DNA of 47,646 nucleotides from a virus (Duplodnaviria; Caudoviricetes), in the IMG/VR virus record IMGVR_UViG_3300030397_000890, positions 1 to 47,646 of that record; one strand, written 5' to 3'. How positions within the stretch are numbered: the first letter of the stretch is position 1; every line of letters starts with the position of its first letter. A program made the translations under genes and the position numbers. Positions 37,239-44,804 of this stretch are shown piece by piece. The notes beneath the pieces were generated by a model. That model did not search any database. It worked only from the letters and a program-made list of their open reading frames with translations, and was not told the origin of the DNA.

Positions 37239-37699
37239 AACGGCGAGCTTTAAACATTTATGCCATTGAGGATAACCCCTCACATATTATGCTTCTTGAA
37301 GGTATTATTGAAAGTACCAATCACCTGAAAGAGTTTTATATTTCTGATAGCATTATACAGCACAAGCTTTATCCTCTTATTGATATTAATGACTGGCGAG
37401 ATTATTTGCTAAGACAAAACAAGTATAAAAAGAACCCTAAGCCAGACTTATTGATACTAGATATGATGCTTGGAGGAGGAGACAGCAATAAAGAGTCAGT
37501 TACAGGATGGGATATTCTTGAATTTATGTCAGAAAATAATAAACTAGTTGATGTTCCAGTAATCGTTGCGTCTGCTTTATGTCTAAATAGTACTAATATT
37601 AGACATTATTATAAGAACGTTAGGGAGCTGCTATGTAAGCCAACCATTAAGGAAGGAATACAAAACACGATAGATGATTTGGCGGTAGTTAATGTCTGA
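37235..37699 (+). CDS. Stand-alone response regulator receiver (CheY-like) protein
   Basis: IYAIEDN acidic pocket, PDLLILDMML phosphoacceptor Asp, GWDIL, VPVIVASA, CKP. Confidence 0.85.
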   Translation: MKRRALNIYAIEDNPSHIMLLEGIIESTNHLKEFYISDSIIQHKLYPLIDINDWRDYLLRQNKYKKNPKPDLLILDMMLGGGDSNKESVTGWDILEFMSENNKLVDVPVIVASALCLNSTNIRHYYKNVRELLCKPTIKEGIQNTIDDLAVVNV

Positions 37700-38108
37700 T
37701 ACTACAGAAATGGGGTTGTTACTTGAGTTGATGAAAGAGATCAAGAGTGGTCAGACAGAATCAGTTGCCAACCTTAAGGATTCAATTAGTGATCTTTCTA
37801 CTACTGTATCTAAAATGGATGATCAGCATCACCAGAGATTTGAGAAAATAAAGAATAGAGATGAAGAAATATTTATGAAAGTTGATGCGACAAGTGCCTT
37901 AAGTGCTTCTTTAAAAGATGATCATATGCAATTAAAAAAGAACATACAGAGTCTAGAGCGCGATGTTAAGAAACTTAATAGATTACGTAATTTTGTAGTG
38001 ATGATTTTTGGAGGCTTTGCTAGTGTCATTGGTTTGTTCTATCAAGAAATACTTGCTTTGTTTAAAAAAGTGCTAATAATTATTAGTCAAACTAATACAG
38101 GTGGTTAA
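37692..38108 (+). CDS. Coiled-coil protein with C-terminal TM (possible lysis accessory)
   Basis: Heptad-like helix, then FVVMIFGGFASVIGLFY; directly upstream of the putative endolysin. Confidence 0.6.
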   Translation: MSDTTEMGLLLELMKEIKSGQTESVANLKDSISDLSTTVSKMDDQHHQRFEKIKNRDEEIFMKVDATSALSASLKDDHMQLKKNIQSLERDVKKLNRLRNFVVMIFGGFASVIGLFYQEILALFKKVLIIISQTNTGG

Positions 38109-38519
38109 ATGAGTGATGATAGTTTAAAGATTGTTCTAACGCGTATTTATCAGAATCGCGATGTTACGCTTGGATCTCTTGATATAAGAGGAATAGAGCA
38201 CCAGCCTTTATTTACACTAGAGAATCCATGGAAAGACAATAAAAGAAACATAAGTTGTATACCTGAAGGCATATACAAGTGCTTACCATATGATGGCACC
38301 AAATATAAAGATGTTTACTTAGTAACAGATGTGTTAAATCGTGGTGCTATTTTATTTCATGTTGGTAATTACGAGCGTAATACCCAGGGATGTATTTTGC
38401 CTGGCCTTGGTATTAATTATTCGACGGAAGCTATGGTGTCACATAGTAGCAGTGCGATGAATATTATGCGTAGAATTATTGAGAAACGGGAATTTGTATT
38501 AAAGGTACAATCAGTATGA
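38109..38519 (+). CDS. DUF5675-family protein, putative endolysin
   Basis: TLENPW...SCIPEG.Y...R..IL.H.GN....T.GCIL.G (His/Cys motif). Confidence 0.8.
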   Translation: MSDDSLKIVLTRIYQNRDVTLGSLDIRGIEHQPLFTLENPWKDNKRNISCIPEGIYKCLPYDGTKYKDVYLVTDVLNRGAILFHVGNYERNTQGCILPGLGINYSTEAMVSHSSSAMNIMRRIIEKREFVLKVQSV

Positions 38520-38650
38520 ATAAAACGATTATGATTCTATTACTAATCGTTTTTGTGTTGTTACCCATTTATGCTGTTGTGGACTATCTTATTGTTGATG
38601 AGATAGTAGTTGATGTCATCTTTAGGCCTTACAAGTTATCTGCATTTTGA
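38516..38650 (+). CDS. 44-aa membrane peptide (not in ORF track)
   Basis: MNKTIMILLLIVFVLLPIYAVVDYL...; ATGA overlap. Confidence 0.5.
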   Translation: MNKTIMILLLIVFVLLPIYAVVDYLIVDEIVVDVIFRPYKLSAF

Positions 38651-38699
38651 TTGGTCGCCGTAAATTGTGACCTATTATACAAGTACAGGAATAATCTTA

Positions 38700-38876
38700 T
38701 TACTTGCTAGTCTTTTTCTCTTTTCTTTCAATTCTTGCGGCCCTTACAAAGATATGTTTTGCAAACTCTAACATGAGTAGCACAAGTTTTACCCACATGT
38801 CGATAAAAGTAAATTTGACAAAGCGTATTAACGCATCGAATGATTTAAGAAGTAGATTGGAATTGCTTTCTACCAT
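38700..38876 (-). CDS. 58-aa hypothetical protein (not in ORF track)
   Basis: MVESNSNLLLKSF...ERKEKKTSK*; last gene of the leftward operon. Confidence 0.4.
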   Translation of the reverse strand: MVESNSNLLLKSFDALIRFVKFTFIDMWVKLVLLMLEFAKHIFVRAARIERKEKKTSK

Positions 38877-39132
38877 GATGATACTCGCTATTATTAGTTG
38901 TGCGAATATAAAGTGTAGAGATAGTCTTATTGTTTTTCAACCAAATTAGTTTGATTGCATGCTTTTGTTTGCAAAGATAGGTAGGCAGTCCCATTTTGCT
39001 TTTAACTAATCTTTTTAGCACTAATATTGCTTGTTCACGTGATTTGTAATCAACATTATAAGTGCTAATTAATGATGCATAATTGCTTAACTGGACACGT
39101 TCATTCTCAATTGTAATTATATCATCCTTCAT
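38845..39132 (-). CDS. Hypothetical basic protein
   Basis: ATGA overlap; GAGGA upstream. Confidence 0.6.
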   Translation of the reverse strand: MKDDIITIENERVQLSNYASLISTYNVDYKSREQAILVLKRLVKSKMGLPTYLCKQKHAIKLIWLKNNKTISTLYIRTTNNSEYHHGRKQFQSTS

Positions 39133-39428
39133 CTTTCAATTTGCCTATCCTCACGGTAAAGCAGTATCTCACGCTTATAGCAGCAACCTATCATTTTAAG
39201 TAAGGATAGTTCCTTAATCTTACTCTTGTTTTCAGTCCATGCTTCTCTACGATTTTGTGACTTATTATTTATGATTTTTGGACTAAATCCATCTTCATTT
39301 GGTTCTATTTTGTCATCACCTATAATTAAAACAGGCGATTTCGCTCTATTTGTTTTTATTGGACTGTGCTTCTTTCTCTCCTCTTGTATTAGGCTTATAA
39401 AGCTAGTCACATTATTTTTGTTCTTCAT
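39129..39428 (-). CDS. Hypothetical low-complexity protein
   Basis: Lys/Asn/Ser-rich with SP motifs and GCC. Confidence 0.6.
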   Translation of the reverse strand: MKNKNNVTSFISLIQEERKKHSPIKTNRAKSPVLIIGDDKIEPNEDGFSPKIINNKSQNRREAWTENKSKIKELSLLKMIGCCYKREILLYREDRQIER

Positions 39429-39789
39429 ATTTACCTATAGCATCAATCAAACCAAATACCTTCTTACGTACTTTCTTGTACCTTATCTTTTTATACGATT
39501 TAACAAGATTGACAATCTCTATTTTTGACATTTCCTCATCATCTTCTAGATTCTTGGGCCTTTTTAAGTTTTGCTTATAGCCTTCAAAGAAGTAATTCAT
39601 ATCTACTTCAAACATATGAGCAAGATGATATAGCATAACTGCGCTAATCCTATTGACTCCCCTTTCATACTTCTGCACTTGCTGAAAGGTAACACCCAAT
39701 GTATTGCCAATATCAGTTTGCACTATACCCAGGCTCTCGCGCAGTTCCTTTAGTCGCTTGCCAATATGTATATCTATTTGATCAGCCAT
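39412..39789 (-). CDS. XRE-family HTH transcriptional regulator
   Basis: DIHIGKRLKELR...LGVTFQQVQKYERGVNRISA...YFFEG, the alphaproteobacterial type. Confidence 0.92.
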   Translation of the reverse strand: MADQIDIHIGKRLKELRESLGIVQTDIGNTLGVTFQQVQKYERGVNRISAVMLYHLAHMFEVDMNYFFEGYKQNLKRPKNLEDDEEMSKIEIVNLVKSYKKIRYKKVRKKVFGLIDAIGKYEEQK

Positions 39790-39810
39790 ATAACCCCCTT
39801 TTTTATTTTC

Positions 39811-40071
39811 TTAATTGCGAAAGCAAAAACAACCTCTGTTGTCATTGCTATCATCTAATGATGACTTATTTAAGAACTTTTCAGTATAATTCTTACTAAT
39901 TTTATCCTCGTCTATTTTAACTCTATTCTCCATAGAGTCTTTATGCTCATTAATTATATCCTGAACTGTCTTTCTTTTGCGTGGCGCATTTAAAGAACAT
40001 AAATCACTATAACTTTGGTATTGCTCAAGTGGCAGCTCATTTGTAGTTTTTTTTATGTTGTTATCATCCAT
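39811..40071 (-). CDS. Hypothetical hydrophilic protein ending GCFCFRN
   Basis: 86 aa ORF; AGGT upstream. Confidence 0.6.
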   Translation of the reverse strand: MDDNNIKKTTNELPLEQYQSYSDLCSLNAPRKRKTVQDIINEHKDSMENRVKIDEDKISKNYTEKFLNKSSLDDSNDNRGCFCFRN

Positions 40072-40101
40072 TTTTAACCTACATTTTTATATTAAATGTT
40101 A

Positions 40102-40617
40102 CTATCTATTTCTTTCGGGTATTGGAACCGAAGTAGACCTATCAACAATTTTACCAAAAAGTTTATTTACCCAGCTTTCAGGAACTTCAGGCGTTTTAAC
40201 AGATTCAACTTTTCTAGAAATCTGCCCAGCTGATTTGCTTCTGTATTGTTTGGCTGGCACCATTTCTGGCTGTAAATCAAAATTGTGCCGACTTAAAGTT
40301 TGATGCCTCCTACTAAAGGTAAACATGCGTCTGACAAACTTTGGACTGTTTGCTTCATTTGGCTTTGATGTACAATCATTGACAATTTCTGATTTACCAT
40401 GATCATTTTTATGCGTAACAGAGTCAACAAAACGTACATCTGGTGAGTCATCTTCATCTATATACAAAACCAACTTTGGCTTATCTAAATCCGTAGGGCT
40501 TATATTACTTGCCCAATAATTGGTAACCTCATCATAATTACTATGATTTGCACCTCCTAGATAGTCACTTTCAAACAAATTGAACTTATTATATTTATCT
40601 TTGATTCTGCTCTTCAT
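40102..40617 (-). CDS. Hypothetical Ser/Arg-rich, probably disordered protein
   Basis: 171 aa; GAGGA RBS. Confidence 0.65.
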   Translation of the reverse strand: MKSRIKDKYNKFNLFESDYLGGANHSNYDEVTNYWASNISPTDLDKPKLVLYIDEDDSPDVRFVDSVTHKNDHGKSEIVNDCTSKPNEANSPKFVRRMFTFSRRHQTLSRHNFDLQPEMVPAKQYRSKSAGQISRKVESVKTPEVPESWVNKLFGKIVDRSTSVPIPERNR

Positions 40618-40840
40618 TTTCTTTCCTCATAGTTTTTACTCTGTTAATAAATTGAGGCAAATCTGCATTGCTATCAATTACTTCTCCACCCTGCTTTCTA
40701 TTAGCCATGCATATATCACGAAAGCTTAAATAAGCAAATGTATTATCTCCCATTGTCATAAAGAGCGCAGCTCTATGGCAAGGATTCTCGTAATCAAATG
40801 TAGATTGGTGCTTTGGTTTATCTTTCATTTCTTTCTCCAT
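40595..40840 (-). CDS. Hypothetical protein
   Basis: 81 aa ORF in operon. Confidence 0.6.
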   Translation of the reverse strand: MEKEMKDKPKHQSTFDYENPCHRAALFMTMGDNTFAYLSFRDICMANRKQGGEVIDSNADLPQFINRVKTMRKENEEQNQR

Positions 40841-40922
40841 CCATATATTGTACTAAGTGGTTGTATAGTTTACATGCCTTGTATATGCAATTTTATCAAA
40901 ATCATAGCCATATGTGTGCATT

Positions 40923-41267
40923 CTAATTTGCCATTATTGTGCTTGTAAAAGTAGGCTTTTGTTGTGACTTCTCATTCTTTTTAGGCTGTGAAAGCCATAT
41001 TTTAATTATGCCATCTCTAAACGCCACTGCCGCATCTTTATTTGCAAAAGTGCCTCTATAATATGGTTCATAGTTAATTGTAAACTCTGTGTGCAAGTCG
41101 ACAATATACATCTTCTTCTTCCTCTTCTTCCCTGGTGGTGAAACCATAACTTCCTGAATAGGATCAACGCGTATAACTTTACCTGTAATTTGCAACAATG
41201 TGCCACCAATATCAGCACATAAATTACCATCATAATTTAAGTAAGGTTTAATAATCATCTTTTCCAT
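40923..41267 (-). CDS. Hypothetical protein
   Basis: GGAGG RBS before ATG 41267. Confidence 0.7.
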   Translation of the reverse strand: MEKMIIKPYLNYDGNLCADIGGTLLQITGKVIRVDPIQEVMVSPPGKKRKKKMYIVDLHTEFTINYEPYYRGTFANKDAAVAFRDGIIKIWLSQPKKNEKSQQKPTFTSTIMAN

Positions 41268-41329
41268 TTTAAAGCCTCCAGTTGAAATCCACTACGTTAT
41301 ATACCACCTAAATTGGATAGTCAATCATA

Positions 41330-41692
41330 TTATTCAAGATTATATATTTTTATATGTGCCTTATCCCCTTTTTCTTCACAATCAAGCCATTCTTGGGCAT
41401 TAAAGCGAATATGTGAGTCGTCCAATATGATCCTTGTTTTAACCAAAAAGTCGGATAAAGCCTTTTCTAAATTGGCACAATCGCGCTTACGATTGTCTGG
41501 GACTTCAAATGAATATACTACAGCGACCTTTGTTTCAAAGTAGGTTAGCCTCTGAGGCCATAATGAGGCCAAAGCATCTTCTTCCCATTTGCGATAAGCC
41601 TTTGTTTTTACTCTCCCAACATTAGGTACATTTGCGTATATAGCATTTACTGATGGTGGCTTTGGTAGCACCACGTATAAATCTGGCTCCAT
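41330..41692 (-). CDS. rusA: RusA-family Holliday junction resolvase
   Basis: LPKPPSVN.IY...PDNRKRDCANLEKALSDFL....ILDDSHI. Confidence 0.85.
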   Translation of the reverse strand: MEPDLYVVLPKPPSVNAIYANVPNVGRVKTKAYRKWEEDALASLWPQRLTYFETKVAVVYSFEVPDNRKRDCANLEKALSDFLVKTRIILDDSHIRFNAQEWLDCEEKGDKAHIKIYNLE

Positions 41693-41885
41693 TTTATTGT
41701 ATAAATACCCTTTAATCATAGTAATAAATAGGGAGGCTTGACAATGCAAACCTCCCATGCCCCTAACCTAGATATTACCAACATACAAACAGTCGGGGCA
41801 CCTGCTTGATCTTATGCGCAAAACATATTTAGACAATAACATAAGTGACACTATTTTGTTAGTATAAATATGCAGTAGGCATTCT

Positions 41886-42401
41886 TTAAAAAGGCATGTC
41901 ATCATTTAGTTCCCTATCAACAACAACCTGTGGCTTAGTAGAGGTGCTTAAAAGCGTATGCACTTTCTTCTTTTTTGTCTTGCTAATATTTTTTACTTCT
42001 TTTTCCTCTTGAGGAAGAGGAAGTGTATGTTTTACTGTATTGCTATCGCCGTATGCAGCGCTATGTTCAATTGTAACACCAACCAGCAATTCAAGTCCCT
42101 CTAATTCATCAGGCCTATCAAATGACTTAATTCCTACAGCCATACATAATGCCTTTAAATTCCTTAATCCAATTTCTACAGCATTAACACTTGGGTTCTT
42201 AATATTATATCTCCCCCACACATAACGCCACTTAAAAGGGTTATCCATGATACGATAAGTTATCTCAATGAACTCACCATTCTTTTTCTTTGTTTCCTTG
42301 ATGCATGCCTTAATAATCTCAGCCCTATAGGTACCTTGATCAATTAAGTTTGCTGTATTGTTATCTATATCGACATCATCCACACTAAAAGCATATGCCA
42401 T
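41886..42401 (-). CDS. Phage single-stranded DNA-binding protein (DUF669-like)
   Basis: GTYRAEI...KETKK.NG..I....I......R.VW; LC.AVG; acidic tail DDMPF. Confidence 0.8.
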   Translation of the reverse strand: MAYAFSVDDVDIDNNTANLIDQGTYRAEIIKACIKETKKKNGEFIEITYRIMDNPFKWRYVWGRYNIKNPSVNAVEIGLRNLKALCMAVGIKSFDRPDELEGLELLVGVTIEHSAAYGDSNTVKHTLPLPQEEKEVKNISKTKKKKVHTLLSTSTKPQVVVDRELNDDMPF

Positions 42402-42402
42402 A

Positions 42403-43065
42403 TCATGACTCCTGTATCTCCTTTAACTTCTGGTCATAATTTGACATTAAACAATCATAACTTACCTTGTCTGCCTCCTTTAATTTCTCAAGTGCCTTCT
42501 TATCCTTATCAGAATCAAATACGCCTTTGATATCAATTGTAGTAAAGCTATTATCTATGGCCTTGGTCTTTTGGTCAATCCACATTAGCCTAGCTTCATC
42601 TTTTTCACTCTGTGACAATCCAACATATGTAGATCTCTGTGGCATAATATCCCTATTGCCTACCTCTGCATCTAATGCGTCTGCCTCTACAATATTAAAG
42701 GCATTCATAAATAAATAGCGTCTTAAATAGGTCTGTTGTGCTCCAAGGCATTGGATAGCCGTAGCTCCCTTTAGTGGCGCCTCTGCAGCATTGCTTGTAA
42801 AAGTAATTTTATCGGCAGGATTGTCTGTTGAGTATATAGTTAACGTTGGTATCTGGCCCAGATCAACGATTGGGCATATACCATAAAGGACGCACAACTT
42901 ATCAATAGCAGGCAAAATGTCGGCAAGTTCGTAATAATTAAATCCTGAAAATTTATTCTTTCCAGATTTCTTCAAGTCCATCTTGTGTAATTGTGATCGA
43001 ACTTCTTGTAATCGAGCAAAAACAGAGATTGCTGCCTGCTCAGATTTATTGGTTTTATTAGTCAT
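42403..43065 (-). CDS. erf: ERF-family single-strand annealing protein
   Basis: KSGKNKFSGFNYYELADILP...Q.LGA.QTYLRRYL....F.I.E.D. Confidence 0.9.
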   Translation of the reverse strand: MTNKTNKSEQAAISVFARLQEVRSQLHKMDLKKSGKNKFSGFNYYELADILPAIDKLCVLYGICPIVDLGQIPTLTIYSTDNPADKITFTSNAAEAPLKGATAIQCLGAQQTYLRRYLFMNAFNIVEADALDAEVGNRDIMPQRSTYVGLSQSEKDEARLMWIDQKTKAIDNSFTTIDIKGVFDSDKDKKALEKLKEADKVSYDCLMSNYDQKLKEIQES

Positions 43066-43084
43066 TGTTGGCTCATTAATTAGG

Positions 43085-43127
43085 TTGACTTGTAAAGTCT
43101 TATAACATATAAGTACTATATAGTCAA
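43085..43127. promoter_or_regulatory. Overlapping divergent promoters
   Basis: TTGACT-17-TATAAG on + (43085-43113) and on - (43127-43099). Confidence 0.75.
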
Positions 43128-43148
43128 TAATATAATTATGGAGCGGAA

Positions 43149-43385
43149 ATGAGCGGAAATTATGTAATGATATCAGTCACTGTGCCTAAAGAAATTAGTG
43201 ATTGGATACATAAAGAAAAGGATAGATTGAAGACAACAAAGAGTGCTTTTGTTGCTACAATGCTCCAGCAAAAGATGAATGCCTTTGACAGGCCAGGTGA
43301 GGAAGAATATGCACATCTTGTAGAGTGTGTTGAGCAAATGCAAAAGGCTATTGATAGATTGAGAACGGGCCCTAAAAAGAAATAA
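43149..43385 (+). CDS. Ribbon-helix-helix (Arc/CopG-like) DNA-binding protein
   Basis: VMISVTVPKEISDWI......TTKSAFV; GGAG RBS. Confidence 0.65.
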   Translation: MSGNYVMISVTVPKEISDWIHKEKDRLKTTKSAFVATMLQQKMNAFDRPGEEEYAHLVECVEQMQKAIDRLRTGPKKK

Positions 43386-43422
43386 TAGTCAATTGATACT
43401 AGTTGTATTCATTTATACTATG

Positions 43423-43734
43423 CTATGATCTCATGTCATGTAGCATATGTAAGTAATAATCCGTCTCATAAAATCTTATGGTGTCTAGATAATCAGTAGG
43501 ACTAAAAGTAAGATTATCTGCGTTTGTTATATAATTGTAAAACTTCTGCTTAAAAGTTTCATTATCACCTGTATCATCTAATACATAGAATCGATCAAAT
43601 TCGATCATTACACAATATATATCATACTTAAATAAAGAGCATTTCTGATCAACCTTTTTAAGGTTGTAGCTACCAAGGTTGTCTACCCTGACAAAATTAT
43701 TTTCATAGTTCTCAATGTACAATATGCCAGCCAT
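43423..43734 (-). CDS. Hypothetical protein
   Basis: Tyr-rich ~103 aa ORF (MAGILY...). Confidence 0.55.
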   Translation of the reverse strand: MAGILYIENYENNFVRVDNLGSYNLKKVDQKCSLFKYDIYCVMIEFDRFYVLDDTGDNETFKQKFYNYITNADNLTFSPTDYLDTIRFYETDYYLHMLHDMRS

Positions 43735-43760
43735 TTGCAACTTTTAATATTAGTTATTAG

Positions 43761-43842
43761 AGATGCCCGTCTTTCCAGGCTGTCATCTTGTGTTCTGAGT
43801 AGTATTGGAGGATAACTACACAAGAAAGTGCTCATGTTAAGC
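43761..43842 (-). ncRNA. Candidate small RNA / structured leader with CCUCC loop
   Basis: Downstream of a consensus promoter; GUAGU-UAUCCUCCAAU-ACUAC hairpin, then GCCUG-GAAAGA-CGGGC hairpin. Confidence 0.45.
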
Positions 43843-43848
43843 TTGGCT

Positions 43849-43876
43849 ATTATAGCACGGATAATATAGTTGTCAA
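43849..43876 (-). promoter_or_regulatory. Strong sigma70 promoter
   Basis: TTGACA-16 bp-TATAAT with extended -10 TG (TGCTATAAT). Confidence 0.75.
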
Positions 43877-44005
43877 TTAGATTTGGCGATACGTTTTAGC
43901 GTATAAGTTCTTGTTATAGGGTGTAAGGTATAAGGGGAGGCAGAAAATAGTGTTAAGGAATATAGGCGCCTCCCCTAGGAGAGTTCATGCTTATCGCATA
44001 AAATT

Positions 44006-44034
44006 ACCGTAACAGCCTTTATTTTTCTGGTCAA
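44006..44034 (-). promoter_or_regulatory. Candidate promoter
   Basis: TTGACC-17 bp-TACGGT with extended TG. Confidence 0.45.
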
Positions 44035-44080
44035 CTTAAAAGTGTAAAGTTTGTCGTTGCAGGTTATTACAATCAAATAA

Positions 44081-44140
44081 TTGGCCGTAAAGGGCCGCTA
44101 TTTGGCCATTAAAGGGCCATTAATTGGCCACTATTGCCAT
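44081..44140. repeat. Helically phased GGCC repeats
   Basis: GGCC at 44083, 44093, 44104, 44115, 44126, plus TGCC at 44135. Confidence 0.8.
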
Positions 44141-44463
44141 TTTGGAAACAGTTGCTAAAGTTCTATAATTATGTTGTAATGTCCTTACAAAAGTAAGTCC
44201 TTGTTTGTGGGCCTCCGTAGGTTGCTCTTAAATAGCATTCATGGCTTTTTGTTTTAACTGTAAAGAAATTCTTTGCGTTTACTTTTATTTGCAATACATG
44301 TGCAATACAGTTTGAGTGCGGATATTCCCGAACGGTAACAAAGTCGGTGTGTTTGAGTACATCATGGTGTTTTAATCCCGATCGGTGTCATGGGATGTGG
44401 CAACCCTCTGCTCTCTTTCTGTTAGGCTAAAGTTAATTCATTTTCAACCGATAGTGATCGTAT

Positions 44464-44518
44464 AAAAAAGCCGCTCGCTACAGCGCTCAATGGGGTTGCG
44501 CGCTTCACGGCTTTTTTT
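44464..44518. terminator. Bidirectional-type intrinsic terminator
   Basis: AAAAAAGCCG ... CGGCTTTTTTT at the 3' end of 44517..44750. Confidence 0.65.
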
Positions 44519-44750
44519 AATCAACATAAACCCGATGTTCTTCCATTGTCTGCACCATCTTCTCTCTAACCTTTTCAAAGGTATCATAAACAGCAGAATC
44601 ATGCTCACCCCATTTTATCTCCTCTCTAAGGTAACGCAACATATCGCTCAACACTAATTCCATCTTCTTTGCTGCAAGCATGCATTCAAAGTCCAAACGA
44701 TCATCCTTCTCGAAATTATCTAAATCAAATTTTAATATCGCTTGAACCAT
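44517..44750 (-). CDS. Conserved phage hypothetical protein
   Basis: AILKFDL...D...F.....A..M..VL.DM..YLR..IKWG pattern. Confidence 0.75.
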   Translation of the reverse strand: MVQAILKFDLDNFEKDDRLDFECMLAAKKMELVLSDMLRYLREEIKWGEHDSAVYDTFEKVREKMVQTMEEHRVYVD

Positions 44751-44804
44751 CGATTGACAAAACCATCTGTCTATGTTTATCTAATCTTCAATCTTTCTTT
44801 TTAT

